Shown one piece after another: positions 25,807 through 35,453 of a stretch of 64,000 nt of DNA. Numbering within the stretch: position 1 is the stretch's first letter; each line of letters begins with the position of its first letter. The stretch comes from Candidatus Campbellbacteria bacterium RIFOXYC2_FULL_35_25 (GTDB taxonomy: Bacteria; Patescibacteriota; Minisyncoccia; Phycocordibacterales; UBA12079). The position numbers were made by a program, and so were the translations under genes. The stretch is taken from the NCBI GenBank assembly GCA_001774495.1, contig MFAE01000014.1, positions 10,573 through 74,572 of the forward strand, given 5' to 3'. The notes under the pieces are model-generated. The model had not been told where the DNA came from. It did not search any database and saw only the letters and a program-made list of their open reading frames with translations.

Positions 25807-27507
25807 ATGAAAAATAAGTCTAAAGTTGCAATTTTAATGTCTGTAAGAAATGAAGAGATTTTGGTTGATTTTAATATTGCATACCATTTAGATTTAGGTT
25901 TCGACTATATTTTTGTTGCAAACCATTGCTCCACTGATCAAACTAATGAGATTTTAAATTCTTACAAGGATAATCCTCGGGTTGTTGTTATTAATGAAGT
26001 TAACCATGTTTTTGATCATGCTAAAATAATCAATAAACTTTTGAATTTTGCAAATAAAAACTTTAAGATTGATTGGCTCGCTTTTTTGGATGTGGATGAA
26101 TTTCTTTCTATTAAAGAGAAAAACATTCATGAATTTGTTGCAAGGTTAGATTCAAAAAGAATTCCTTATGCGACAATAGGATGGGCAAATGCACTATTCG
26201 ATTATACTCATTCAGATTACACATGTTCTCCTGTGAATAAAATAGATACATTAAAATTTTATTATCCTTGGCCAGAAAAAAACTGGCAAGAATATGGACA
26301 TTTCAGAAAGACGATTGTTAAAAACCATAAAAATATTGAAGTAGTTGCTGGAGGTCACTACGTAAAAACTGAAAATAATCTGAGTTTTTTTGGTGAATTT
26401 GATTGGAATCCTTTCGCTATTCCTTTTGAAGAAGCAAAATTATTACATTTTGAATTTAGAGATACCGCGGAAGCTTTATATGAAAAGTGGCAAAAACTCG
26501 CAGAATTTGAAAATGACACTACCTCAAGTAATAGTGCCCCTTGGTTAGAAAGAATTCAGACAATAAGAAAGTATGTAAAATATTATAAAGATGACATTGA
26601 GAGTATAAATAAAAAATGGTTTTATAATCACAGTACTTTTTGGGGGACTACTATCCCAGAAAATAAAATAATTTATGATAATACTTTAGCTTTATGGTAT
26701 GGTAAATATTTAAGAAATAAAATAAAAAAAGGAAAAATAAAATCTTTGTGTTTATTGCGAAGTGGTAATCTGGGGGATGTTATAATGACTGAACCAATTG
26801 CCAGATTTTTATTAAAATATGTTGACGAAATAGTGCTGGCAACTGATGTAGTAAATTTTAATTTAATCAATAAGACTTATAAAAAAATCATTCCGTTTAA
26901 AAGTGCCTTTATAAATAATAGCTTTGACGCAACAATAAGGCTTGCTTATGAATTCAGTGATAATCAAAAAACATATATTCAAGGATTTATGGAGTCTATA
27001 GGTTTCGGAGATATTGTGATTAATGATATCCCTAGTTTGAATAATAATTTTGAGAATATTGTTAATGAAAAATATGTATTAATTGCTCCTCATATTAGTA
27101 GTTGGGAGGATAAGAAGCGAAATTGGGGTTACTTAAAATTTATTGAGTTAGCTGATCTTATCGAAAAAAATTTAAACATTAAAACCATTATTTTAGAAAA
27201 CACCCATACTTTTAAGGAAATGTTATCTTTGATCTATCATTGTGAATACTTTATAGGAAACGATTCTGGCCCAGGAATAATTTCTCAAAGTTTTAATAAA
27301 AAATCTTTTTTAATTTTTGGAGCAACTCACCCTAAATATTTGCATTTATTAAAATCTACTGTATATATATATGATAAGAATAGACACGCTTTATGCCAAC
27401 ATAAAACACGTCAAGAAGAAATTGATTGCTGCGAATCGTTTTGTATGGATAAATTAAGGGTTAATAGAGTATTTGAAATAATAAAAAACAATTATGAACA
27501 AAAATAA
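25807..27507 (+). CDS. Bifunctional glycosyltransferase: N-terminal GT2 domain and C-terminal heptosyltransferase-like (GT9) domain
   Basis: AILMSVRNEE...DQTNEIL (GT2); LLRSGNLGDVIMTEPIARFL and the C-terminal GT9-like region. Confidence 0.6.
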   Translation: MKNKSKVAILMSVRNEEILVDFNIAYHLDLGFDYIFVANHCSTDQTNEILNSYKDNPRVVVINEVNHVFDHAKIINKLLNFANKNFKIDWLAFLDVDEFLSIKEKNIHEFVARLDSKRIPYATIGWANALFDYTHSDYTCSPVNKIDTLKFYYPWPEKNWQEYGHFRKTIVKNHKNIEVVAGGHYVKTENNLSFFGEFDWNPFAIPFEEAKLLHFEFRDTAEALYEKWQKLAEFENDTTSSNSAPWLERIQTIRKYVKYYKDDIESINKKWFYNHSTFWGTTIPENKIIYDNTLALWYGKYLRNKIKKGKIKSLCLLRSGNLGDVIMTEPIARFLLKYVDEIVLATDVVNFNLINKTYKKIIPFKSAFINNSFDATIRLAYEFSDNQKTYIQGFMESIGFGDIVINDIPSLNNNFENIVNEKYVLIAPHISSWEDKKRNWGYLKFIELADLIEKNLNIKTIILENTHTFKEMLSLIYHCEYFIGNDSGPGIISQSFNKKSFLIFGATHPKYLHLLKSTVYIYDKNRHALCQHKTRQEEIDCCESFCMDKLRVNRVFEIIKNNYEQK

Positions 27508-28519
27508 TTTTAAAATAAAACTTTCTTTTGTTAAAGGTTTAAACAAAATTGTTGTAAAAGAAGTCAAAGAAAAAACATCTTATAAAATACTTGAACAAGG
27601 TGTTGATTTTGTTTATTTAAATTTTGATAAAAACTTTGGAAAATTATTTGTTTTAAAAAGTATAGGGTCAGTGAGTATCGTATTAAATGATTTATTGTAT
27701 AATCCTGCGTATTTGTCAAAGCACAAATCTATTTTGAAAGAAGTAATTGATGAAATAATAAATAAAAAGATAGATAAATTTTCTACTTTTAAAGTTTCTT
27801 GCGCTGGTTTAGATTCTCCAGAGGTAAAAAGTATTTCAAAATATATTGGAGATGAGTTTAAATTAAAGGAAAATGTAGAAGCAGATTTAAAAATTAATAT
27901 CGCTAAGGTTAACGATTTATGGGAAGTATCTGTTCAAGCCACAAGAAGGCCACTTTCTTTTAGAAGCTATAAAATTGTTAATATGAGTGGAGCCATGGAT
28001 CCTACAATCGCCTATGCTCTGAATGAGTATTGTAATGTAAAGAAAAAGAAAACATATCTGAATGCTTTTTCTGGAAGTGCGACTTTGTTGATTGAAGCTG
28101 GGTTAAGTAGCCAAGATTTAGAAACTTTAGTTGGTTTCGATAATGATAAATCACATTTGACATTGGCTTATCAAAATATAAAACAAGCAGGTTTAATTAG
28201 AAGGATAAAACTTCTTGAGCATGATATATATGAACAGCCAAAAATAGGGAAATTTGATGTTATCGTAGCAGATTTACCCTTTGGTATGGTTATTTCAAAA
28301 AATGAAGACTTGGAAAAAATGTATACCGCTTTTGTAAATTTTGCCGAAAATTCTTTAGAGGAGAAGGGTGTCTTAGGGGTTTATACTAATGAGTATAGGT
28401 TGTTTAAAGAGGTGTTAGATTTATCTAAATGGAAAATTATCGAAGAAGTTGACTTAAAGCTACCAACAAATGTTAATTCATATTTATATCCAAAAATATT
28501 CGTATGCAAGAAAATATAA
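27494..28519 (+). CDS. Class I SAM-dependent methyltransferase (UPF0020/RlmL-like, DLPFG motif)
   Basis: AFSGSATLLIEAG and VIVADLPFGMV. Confidence 0.5.
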   Translation: MNKNNFKIKLSFVKGLNKIVVKEVKEKTSYKILEQGVDFVYLNFDKNFGKLFVLKSIGSVSIVLNDLLYNPAYLSKHKSILKEVIDEIINKKIDKFSTFKVSCAGLDSPEVKSISKYIGDEFKLKENVEADLKINIAKVNDLWEVSVQATRRPLSFRSYKIVNMSGAMDPTIAYALNEYCNVKKKKTYLNAFSGSATLLIEAGLSSQDLETLVGFDNDKSHLTLAYQNIKQAGLIRRIKLLEHDIYEQPKIGKFDVIVADLPFGMVISKNEDLEKMYTAFVNFAENSLEEKGVLGVYTNEYRLFKEVLDLSKWKIIEEVDLKLPTNVNSYLYPKIFVCKKI

Positions 28520-29844
28520 TCGAATTAGATTTAAAAAAATACTTATTGCAATTTTCAGATAGCAAGGTTGATTTTTATCGTTTCCCTGGAAATTATGGAG
28601 ATTCTTTGATTTATCACGGAACAAAAACTTTATTAGATGAGTTAAATATAGGCATTGATCTTGTTGAAATAGATTCTGATGTTATTAATGATATTTTATT
28701 TATCGATGGTGGAGGGAATTTTGTGGATGAGTATGACGATGTTTATAATTTTCTAGTTAAAAAACACAGAATGTATAAAAAAATCGTATTATTACCTCAT
28801 ACAATTAGAGGAGAAAAAGAAGCTAGACTTATTCAGTCTTTGGATTCGAATGCAACTATTTTTTGTAGGGAAAAAATCACCTATGAATTTGTTAAAAAGA
28901 ATGCAAAAAAAGCAGAGTATTATCTTTGGAGTGATTGTGCTTTTTACAACGATTTAATAAATTACTTAGAAGTTGGTGAGGGAATTTTAAATTCTTTTAG
29001 AGTAGATGTTGAATCAAGCAAAAAAGAATTACCTGCTGATAATGAAGATATCTCATATGACGGATGGTGTATGAAGCCTTTGAAAGACTTTCTTGGAAAA
29101 ATACAAAAATATGAAGAGATTAGAACTGATAGATTACATGTTGCTATAGCTAGTGCTATGCTCGGTAAGAGAGTATTGTTTTATTCTAACTCGTATTATA
29201 AAAATAAGGCAGTTTACGAGTATTCGCTAAAAAAATACCCACAAGTCATATTTGTATATGAAAATGATTATAATCTAATTTCCTATAATCAAATCCGTTC
29301 TGTATTTTTGGAACATCTTAATAGTGAGACTGTTAAAACAAAAGATAATGTTTTGGATTTATTTAGTGAATTAATTTCTATAAACCATAAATTATGGCAC
29401 TTTGAGGACCTAGCAAGAAATTTAGAATCAACTGATAAATTAGTGAGAGAAATTAAAAAAAATATTGATAAATCAAATCAATCAAGAAATGATCTTATCA
29501 GAAAAATTGATTTTAATTTAATTGATCTACTAAACAACAAAGAGAGTAAGGATATAGAAAAGTTTATCTCTGAAAGTCCTGCTGTATTTATAGATAGGCT
29601 TTCAATTATGTTTATAAGAAAGTTTGAGATAGAAAGGCTTGTGTTTTGTATAAATGATAATCAAAATTTGAATGATATTTATATTCAAAAATTAGATGTA
29701 ATTAATAGTCAGATTAATTTTAATGGCAAGTTTTTAGAATCTCTTTTTAATAAGATAAGATTAGGAACAATATTTTTCAAAATATTTAATCCTGTAAAAA
29801 TATATAATGATCATAGAATCCAAAAATATATAGCTAAAACATAA
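28504..29844 (+). CDS. Polysaccharide pyruvyl transferase family protein
   Basis: FPGNYGDSLIYHG motif. Confidence 0.55.
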   Translation: MQENIIELDLKKYLLQFSDSKVDFYRFPGNYGDSLIYHGTKTLLDELNIGIDLVEIDSDVINDILFIDGGGNFVDEYDDVYNFLVKKHRMYKKIVLLPHTIRGEKEARLIQSLDSNATIFCREKITYEFVKKNAKKAEYYLWSDCAFYNDLINYLEVGEGILNSFRVDVESSKKELPADNEDISYDGWCMKPLKDFLGKIQKYEEIRTDRLHVAIASAMLGKRVLFYSNSYYKNKAVYEYSLKKYPQVIFVYENDYNLISYNQIRSVFLEHLNSETVKTKDNVLDLFSELISINHKLWHFEDLARNLESTDKLVREIKKNIDKSNQSRNDLIRKIDFNLIDLLNNKESKDIEKFISESPAVFIDRLSIMFIRKFEIERLVFCINDNQNLNDIYIQKLDVINSQINFNGKFLESLFNKIRLGTIFFKIFNPVKIYNDHRIQKYIAKT

Positions 29845-30130
29845 AAAGAGGGTAGACCTAAGGCACAAAGCATTTTTTACAGATAAAATAAGAGTTGATG
29901 AAAACAAACCTCAATTATATGGGGCACAAGTTAGAAAAAAAGAAAACGGAGAAATAGAATTAATTGAAATAGAAGACAGAGAAAATGTAAATAAAAGGAG
30001 AAAGGAACTTGGGATGGAATCGCTAGAGAAGTATTTGGAACAATTTGGTGTTAAGTAAAAAATTAATAGAAATTCTATTTTTAATTAGATTTATTTAAAA
30101 GTAACTTAAAATTTTAATAATCTCCTACAC

Positions 30131-30385
30131 CTGTGGATTTTTATTTAGTAACTATCGACTATAAACTATAAACTAAAAACTATTCTTTCTCCTCTTTCAA
30201 CTGCACAAAGAAAGTAGAACCTTTTCCTTCTCCTTCCGATTCTGCCCAAACTTTTCCTCCGTGAGCTTTTACGATTTCTTTTATATTTTAACATAATTTT
30301 AAAAATTTTTAGTTTTTTATTGACATTTTTATTGACAGTTACAAGACTTTTGCTTGACAAAATAGTTTAGGTTGTTATTATTTAA
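30131..30385. repeat. Copy B of the HK-3'-end-derived repeat, fused to a module carrying three TTGACA boxes
   Basis: ~100 nt near-identical to the antisense of the HK C-terminal codons, then ttttatattttaacataattttaaaaatttttagttttttattgacatttttattgacag...cttgacaa. Confidence 0.75.
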
Positions 30386-30442
30386 GTAAACACAGTTCTT
30401 TATGGTAAAGTAGTCTTAATTTAAGAAAATAAGGAGAATGCA

Positions 30443-30529
30443 ATGAATACAGAGATGACAATCGAAGAAGTTTTTAAAAAGGAACGTCGCGGGCCAAAGG
30501 GTGGTTGTTCTAACGGAATCGCGGTGTAA
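30443..30529 (+). CDS. 28-aa small peptide MNTEMTIEEVFKKERRGPKGGCSNGIAV; candidate precursor peptide
   Basis: SD aaggagaatgcaATG; own promoter upstream; hairpin terminator gaggtgacgcaagtcacctc downstream; ATP-grasp gene follows. Confidence 0.4.
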   Translation: MNTEMTIEEVFKKERRGPKGGCSNGIAV

Positions 30530-30616
30530 TAACACCAAGCTCTTTTTTAGCAGAGAGGTGACGCAAGTCACCTCTTAACTTTTTTAGAAATCAGATTTTA
30601 ACAAAAGGAGCTTAGA

Positions 30617-31576
30617 ATGTTATTAATATTTTCTAGTACCTTGTCAAAGAAAAGTTTTCAACTCCAATTATTTGTAGAGGAAATGAAAAGAAGAGGTCTT
30701 CCTTGTGTTGTTGTTGATGTTCATGACATCGCTACTAATACAAAATTCTCAATTCAGCATAGTAATGATGGTGCATTTTTGTTTGAAGATGGTCAAAAAA
30801 TAATATCACCCCAAAAAGTTTATGTCATGAATGTTTGGAGAACTGATTCAATTATACGTTTACCCCCAGATTTTGATAAACCTCAATTGATTAGAAACAG
30901 AGTCTCTCAATTCGTAAATGATATTCGTTTTATTTTTGAAGATTGCATGTGGGTTCCTGGGAGAATTGAGGATATTGAGCGGGCTGATTCAAAAATGAGG
31001 CTATTCAAAGAAGCAGTTAGTTGTGGCCTCAATGTTCCTCGTTTTACAATCGATTCGCCTCATTACGATGGTAAGTTTGGAATTCCCGTCTATAAAAAAA
31101 GTCTTGGGTACCCATTTTCTATTTCTTACTCTAAGCAAAAGAAAAAAGAGGTTGCAGTTATTACGACAAATCTTCTTGTTGACAAGGAAAGTGATTCTGT
31201 GGGAGATGGTTTATTGTGGCAGTGGCAAGCTCCAATTTTGTCGAGCAAACAGATTCGGTGTCATGTTGTTGGAAACAAAATTTGGTCGGTAATGTGGGAT
31301 CGTGGTGTTTGTGGCGTTGAAGATTACAGGCATACATCCAACATAAAAAATGAAGTCATCAATTGGAAGCCCCACTCTCTTCCGGCGGAGATTTCTTCTC
31401 AAATTTTAAAATTAATGAAAAACCTTTCTGTGTGTATGGCAAGCCCAGAGTTTCTCGTTGATAAAAACGGGGATTACATATTAATTGACCTTAATCCTTG
31501 TGGTGATTGGTATGGGTTCTTCTCTAAAATTCAACGCAAAGAAATTTTGGACTCGATTATCCAGTTGTGTTGTTAG
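30617..31576 (+). CDS. ATP-grasp ligase (RimK/MdnC-like)
   Basis: FGIPVYKKSLGYPFS, RCHVVGNKIW, and C-terminal EFLVDKNGDYILIDLNPCGDW resembling the ATP-grasp DxNxxP region. Confidence 0.55.
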   Translation: MLLIFSSTLSKKSFQLQLFVEEMKRRGLPCVVVDVHDIATNTKFSIQHSNDGAFLFEDGQKIISPQKVYVMNVWRTDSIIRLPPDFDKPQLIRNRVSQFVNDIRFIFEDCMWVPGRIEDIERADSKMRLFKEAVSCGLNVPRFTIDSPHYDGKFGIPVYKKSLGYPFSISYSKQKKKEVAVITTNLLVDKESDSVGDGLLWQWQAPILSSKQIRCHVVGNKIWSVMWDRGVCGVEDYRHTSNIKNEVINWKPHSLPAEISSQILKLMKNLSVCMASPEFLVDKNGDYILIDLNPCGDWYGFFSKIQRKEILDSIIQLCC

Positions 31577-31631
31577 GGAAAAATTTTTGTTCGAAACTTG
31601 TTGTAACCAGATAAAGGTTGCAACAAGTTTT

Positions 31632-32195
31632 TTAAAAATATTTTTTAACTTTTTCCGTATAATTTGGGTCTGATATATTGTGGTTAACATCGGGAATTAT
31701 AAAAATCTCTTTTTTAGGAGCAATGATTTTTTTGTAAGAAATTTTTGAACGACGAATTGTTAGTGGCCATTCATTACTACCAACTAAAAAAGTTGTTTTT
31801 GCAGATATTTGTTTTGGAAGTCTTGTAGATTTAAATTCCAACATTCTTCTTTTGCCAAGTATTTTAAAAGCCAAATCTGGTAATTTATTAATATCATCTT
31901 CAAAATAAGGGGATAAAGAGCAAGATATAATTTTGTCTATTTTCGTCTTTTCACTTGCTAATAATGCAATGAAAGCACCAAAAGAAAAACCTATCACTGT
32001 TGTATTTTGATGACTAGAACCAACTTTTTTTGAAAAATCACTCACCCAATCAGACATTTTTTTGTATTTCCATTCGGGTTCCCAAAAAACAACATCGTAC
32101 CCCTTTTCTTTTCCAGATTTTATTAGTTGTTTGTATCCTAGATTTTTTGGGGATTCATGATACCCAGGAATTATATATAATTTTTCTTTTTGCAT
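31632..32195 (-). CDS. Small alpha/beta hydrolase (Ser_hydrolase/YdeN-like); paralog 1 of 4
   Basis: LYIIPGYHES N-terminus and GFSFGA nucleophile elbow. Confidence 0.5.
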   Translation of the reverse strand: MQKEKLYIIPGYHESPKNLGYKQLIKSGKEKGYDVVFWEPEWKYKKMSDWVSDFSKKVGSSHQNTTVIGFSFGAFIALLASEKTKIDKIISCSLSPYFEDDINKLPDLAFKILGKRRMLEFKSTRLPKQISAKTTFLVGSNEWPLTIRRSKISYKKIIAPKKEIFIIPDVNHNISDPNYTEKVKKYF

Positions 32196-32242
32196 AATAA
32201 TTACTACTTACTACTTAATACCCAATACTTGATACTTGATAC

Positions 32243-32560
32243 TATTCTTTCTCCTCCTTCAACTGTACAAAGAATGTTGAACCTTTTCCTTCTCCTTCCG
32301 ATTCTGACCCTATCTTAACATCCTTTTCGGATGTTCGGGCGAACATTTTACAACTAAAACAATTTATAAAATTGTTTTAGTGGTAAAATGTTTTAGCCAA
32401 ACCTTTCCTCCAGGGGCTTTTACTATTTCCTTTATATTTTAACATAATTTTAAAAATTTTTAGTTTTTTATTGACAGTATGCTTAAACGAGAGTAGCATT
32501 CAAGCGTAAGAGTTTGTATAGGATAAACTCTGTTCTTTGAGTATTTTTCAGATGGAAACT
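32243..32560. repeat. Copy C of the HK-derived repeat, with the same ~115-nt hairpin insertion as copy A plus the TTGACA promoter module and a palindromic leader
   Basis: ttattgacagtatgcttaaacgagagtagcat then caagcgtaagagtttgtataggataaactct. Confidence 0.75.
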
Positions 32561-32580
32561 TGTTTTAAGGAGGTTTCGTT

Positions 32581-32796
32581 ATGTCAAAGTGGACAGACAA
32601 GGATACGTCGGATTATTCGGGGGATTCCCCGAGTAAGGTTTCATCAGCAGAACATCAGGCTCGCGACGATGCCGAAAGGGCTGGATTATTTGAACGTGGT
32701 AATTCTGAGAAAAACAGGGAGCGTTTCAGCCACACAGATGAATCTGGTAAGGAGGCGACAAGTTTTTGGGAATCCATTTTCGGATCCAAAAAATAA
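32581..32796 (+). CDS. 71-aa hydrophilic small protein, GC-richer than its surroundings
   Basis: SD aaggaggtttcgttATG; terminator ggcgggcaaatggaaaaaatgcccgcc downstream. Confidence 0.45.
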   Translation: MSKWTDKDTSDYSGDSPSKVSSAEHQARDDAERAGLFERGNSEKNRERFSHTDESGKEATSFWESIFGSKK

Positions 32797-32974
32797 GAAG
32801 TGTGGTGTTGATTTACGGCGGGCAAATGGAAAAAATGCCCGCCACTTTTAATTTATCTTGTTTTTGTTGTATTATATTAAGATAAATCATGAACCATAAA
32901 ATGGTTTCTTATAATTAATTTAATGGCGAATAAGTTAAAATTACAAATCATTTTTATAATTTAAAGCAATTAAT

Positions 32975-33511
32975 ATGAATAGAATTTATAATATAAAATA
33001 TACAGATGCCTATTATATTGATTTATCTTACGGGCATAACAAAAAATTACATAAGACAAAATTATCAGAGCATGAGGCTTATGGGTATGCAGAAAAATAT
33101 GGTAATAATATCGTAATTGCTTTTATAAAAGAAGAAAAAGACGATAGAAAAATCTCAGATAAAATAAAAAGAAAGGAGCATCTCATTAAAGGGATTATTG
33201 TTCCGGATACATCCATTCTATCTAAATTAACAAGTTTTAAAAGAAATATTTTCAAAAATATTCCTTTGGGATCAGAGGTGGTTGTTAATTGGAGAGATAT
33301 AGTTATTGTTGCAAATCAATCAAGATATGACTGTTCCACTATGTATACAGAGGGAGTATTTTTTAGAAACGAAGAAGATCATATTGTTTTAAAAAATCCA
33401 GAAACTATTCGTACCTATCCGACACCAGTTACAAATCATCCGATGGAAAAACCTCTTTTTTATGTTATTCCGAAGTCGTTTATCGTTGATATTTCTCCTG
33501 TAAATAATTAG
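32975..33511 (+). CDS. Hypothetical protein
   Basis: 178-aa ORF with local codon usage; no recognisable motifs. Confidence 0.35.
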   Translation: MNRIYNIKYTDAYYIDLSYGHNKKLHKTKLSEHEAYGYAEKYGNNIVIAFIKEEKDDRKISDKIKRKEHLIKGIIVPDTSILSKLTSFKRNIFKNIPLGSEVVVNWRDIVIVANQSRYDCSTMYTEGVFFRNEEDHIVLKNPETIRTYPTPVTNHPMEKPLFYVIPKSFIVDISPVNN

Positions 33512-33512
33512 A

Positions 33513-33758
33513 ATGGAAAAAAATAATTTAAAAAAAGAGAGAGAAGAAAACCAAATTGTAGAAATTATTCTGCACGATGATTCAAATACAATAAAAAAGT
33601 ATAAATGTGTTGGTGTTCTGATGAAAGAAAATGAAAAAACGTTAAGAATTGGATTTAACGCTGTTGAAAATGTTGTTAAAGATTATTTAGATATTAAGAA
33701 AAAAAATATAGTGGATATAAAAACAATTAATCCGAAAGAAATTTCTTCTTTATTTTGA
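33513..33758 (+). CDS. Hypothetical small protein
   Basis: 81-aa ORF immediately following the previous one. Confidence 0.3.
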   Translation: MEKNNLKKEREENQIVEIILHDDSNTIKKYKCVGVLMKENEKTLRIGFNAVENVVKDYLDIKKKNIVDIKTINPKEISSLF

Positions 33759-33785
33759 GGTTAAATTTATTTCTATCAATGCCTA

Positions 33786-34080
33786 AAAAATCCACAGTAG
33801 CCAGGCTACTGTGGATTTTTGTTTAGTAACTAAAAACTATCGACTATAAACTATAAACTAAAAACTATTCTTTCTCTTCCTTCAACTGCACAAAGAAAGT
33901 AGAACCTTTTCCTTCTCCTTCCGATTCTGCCCAAACTTTTCCTCCATGAGCTTTTACGATTTCTTTTATATTTTAACATAATTTTAAAAATTTTTAGTTT
34001 TTTTATTGACAGTATACTTAAATGAGGGTAATATTTAAGTGTAAAAGTTTGTATAGTACAAACTTTGTTCTTTGAGTAGC
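33786..34080. repeat. Copy D of the HK-derived repeat with promoter TTGACA-17-TAATAT and a palindromic leader
   Basis: Full hairpin, micro-repeat, ~100-nt HK 3' antisense, tttttattgacagtatacttaaatgagggtaatat, agtttgtatagtacaaact. Confidence 0.75.
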
Positions 34081-34123
34081 TTTTACTCTAAATTTTTTTG
34101 TGCCAAAAAAGGAGGTGGGAGAA

Positions 34124-34237
34124 TTGGGCAAAGATATTATTGAGAAGATTATTCGTGATTCCTGTTATTTGGATAATTATTGTGACACACCGGGATATAA
34201 TGATCATTCCGGAAGTGATGAACATAACAAAAATTGA
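34124..34237 (+). CDS. 37-aa small peptide (TTG start) MGKDIIEKIIRDSCYLDNYCDTPGYNDHSGSDEHNKN; candidate precursor peptide
   Basis: SD aaggaggtg 5 nt upstream of TTG; hairpin terminator ggagggtgtggtaaaaacaccctcc; radical-SAM gene 74 nt downstream. Confidence 0.4.
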   Translation: MGKDIIEKIIRDSCYLDNYCDTPGYNDHSGSDEHNKN

Positions 34238-34310
34238 TGGAGGAAAAGTTGAAGGAGGGTGTGGTAAAAACACCCTCCTTCTTTAATAAAAAAGGTAATG
34301 AGGTGTTACC

Positions 34311-35399
34311 ATGTTTTATCCGACGCTTAAAGTTGTTTCTAGTAATTGTAATTTAAGATGCGTTTATTGTTATTACAAAGGAATTCACAGAAAAAAACCA
34401 ATAAGGATGAATGATATAACTTTAAAGAGCATAATTCAAAAATTATTAGCACTTAGCGGCGAAGAGAAAGAAGTTCATTTTTACTGGCACGGAGGAGAGC
34501 CTCTTTTAGCCGGAATAGATTTTTATCAAAAGATTATTTTACTGGAAAATGAATTAAATGTGTATGGTAAGAAAATCTGTAACCATATTCAAACAAATGC
34601 CACTTTGTTAACCGATAATTGGGTAGATTTTTTAGTGGGCAATGATTTTAATGTTGGAATTAGTCTTGATGGTCCAAAAGAAATTCAAGACGTCAATCGG
34701 CCAACTATTTCTGGGGGAGGGAGTTTTGATTCTGTGATGAAAGGTTTGAAACTTTTTCAAGAAAGAGAAAAATTTCCTAGTATCATTTCGGTTGTAACCA
34801 ACGAATCCCTCGGTAATGCTAACAAAATCTTTGATTTTTTTGTTGAAAACAAAATTAAAAGATTTTTACCAAAGGATTGCTGTGAAAGAGATGAAACTGG
34901 TAAATTTCTTCCTTTTTCAACAACTCCCGATGAGTATGTTGATTTTTTGATTGAATTATTTGAGTGTTGGATGAGTAAAAACGATCCAACTATCGAAATT
35001 AGAAATCTCTACCAAATAATCAGGGGTGTTGTTGGAGGGAAGACAACCCTTTGTGAGTATAGTGGGAGGTGCCATTTGTTCTTGACGATTGAGTATGATG
35101 GAACAATTGGCGGTTGTGACAGTTTCCCTGTAAAAAATTATCCAATGGGGAACATAAATGATTCCGCTGTTAGCAGTATTTTCGGGAGTCATGGTTATAA
35201 ATCTTTTTTAAGGGATATGGAATCAACAAGATTAGACTGTCACCATTGTGAGTGGTTTGGCAATGTTTGTGGTGGTGGGTGTTTGGGTCATTCCTATTCC
35301 GAACAAAATTCTGCTTGGGGGAAAAATATTTTTTGTACTCCCAAAAAGAGACTCTTTGAATATATAAAAAGAAGAGTCTCCGAAATACAAAATAATTGA
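34311..35399 (+). CDS. Radical SAM enzyme with C-terminal SPASM domain (anSME-like peptide/protein maturase)
   Basis: CNLRCVYC radical-SAM cluster, WHGGEPLL, auxiliary clusters CEYSGRCH and CHHCEWFGNVCGGGC. Confidence 0.8.
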   Translation: MFYPTLKVVSSNCNLRCVYCYYKGIHRKKPIRMNDITLKSIIQKLLALSGEEKEVHFYWHGGEPLLAGIDFYQKIILLENELNVYGKKICNHIQTNATLLTDNWVDFLVGNDFNVGISLDGPKEIQDVNRPTISGGGSFDSVMKGLKLFQEREKFPSIISVVTNESLGNANKIFDFFVENKIKRFLPKDCCERDETGKFLPFSTTPDEYVDFLIELFECWMSKNDPTIEIRNLYQIIRGVVGGKTTLCEYSGRCHLFLTIEYDGTIGGCDSFPVKNYPMGNINDSAVSSIFGSHGYKSFLRDMESTRLDCHHCEWFGNVCGGGCLGHSYSEQNSAWGKNIFCTPKKRLFEYIKRRVSEIQNN

Positions 35400-35453
35400 G
35401 TGAAACGGCAGGTAAACACATTGTTGCCTGTCGTTTTTTAATAAGATTTTAAA

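Noticed and set aside
29850-30058. Possible C-terminal gene remnant (..DKIRVDENKPQLYGAQVRKKENGEIELIEIEDRENVNKRRKELGMESLEKYLEQFGVK*) after the pyruvyl transferase gene
   Set aside because: No start codon or recognisable family; could be an unannotated micro-gene or a remnant, but the evidence is too thin to call
32537-32851. 104-aa ORF 32537..32851(+)
   Set aside because: Overlaps, in another frame, the better-supported 71-aa ORF that has an SD and terminator
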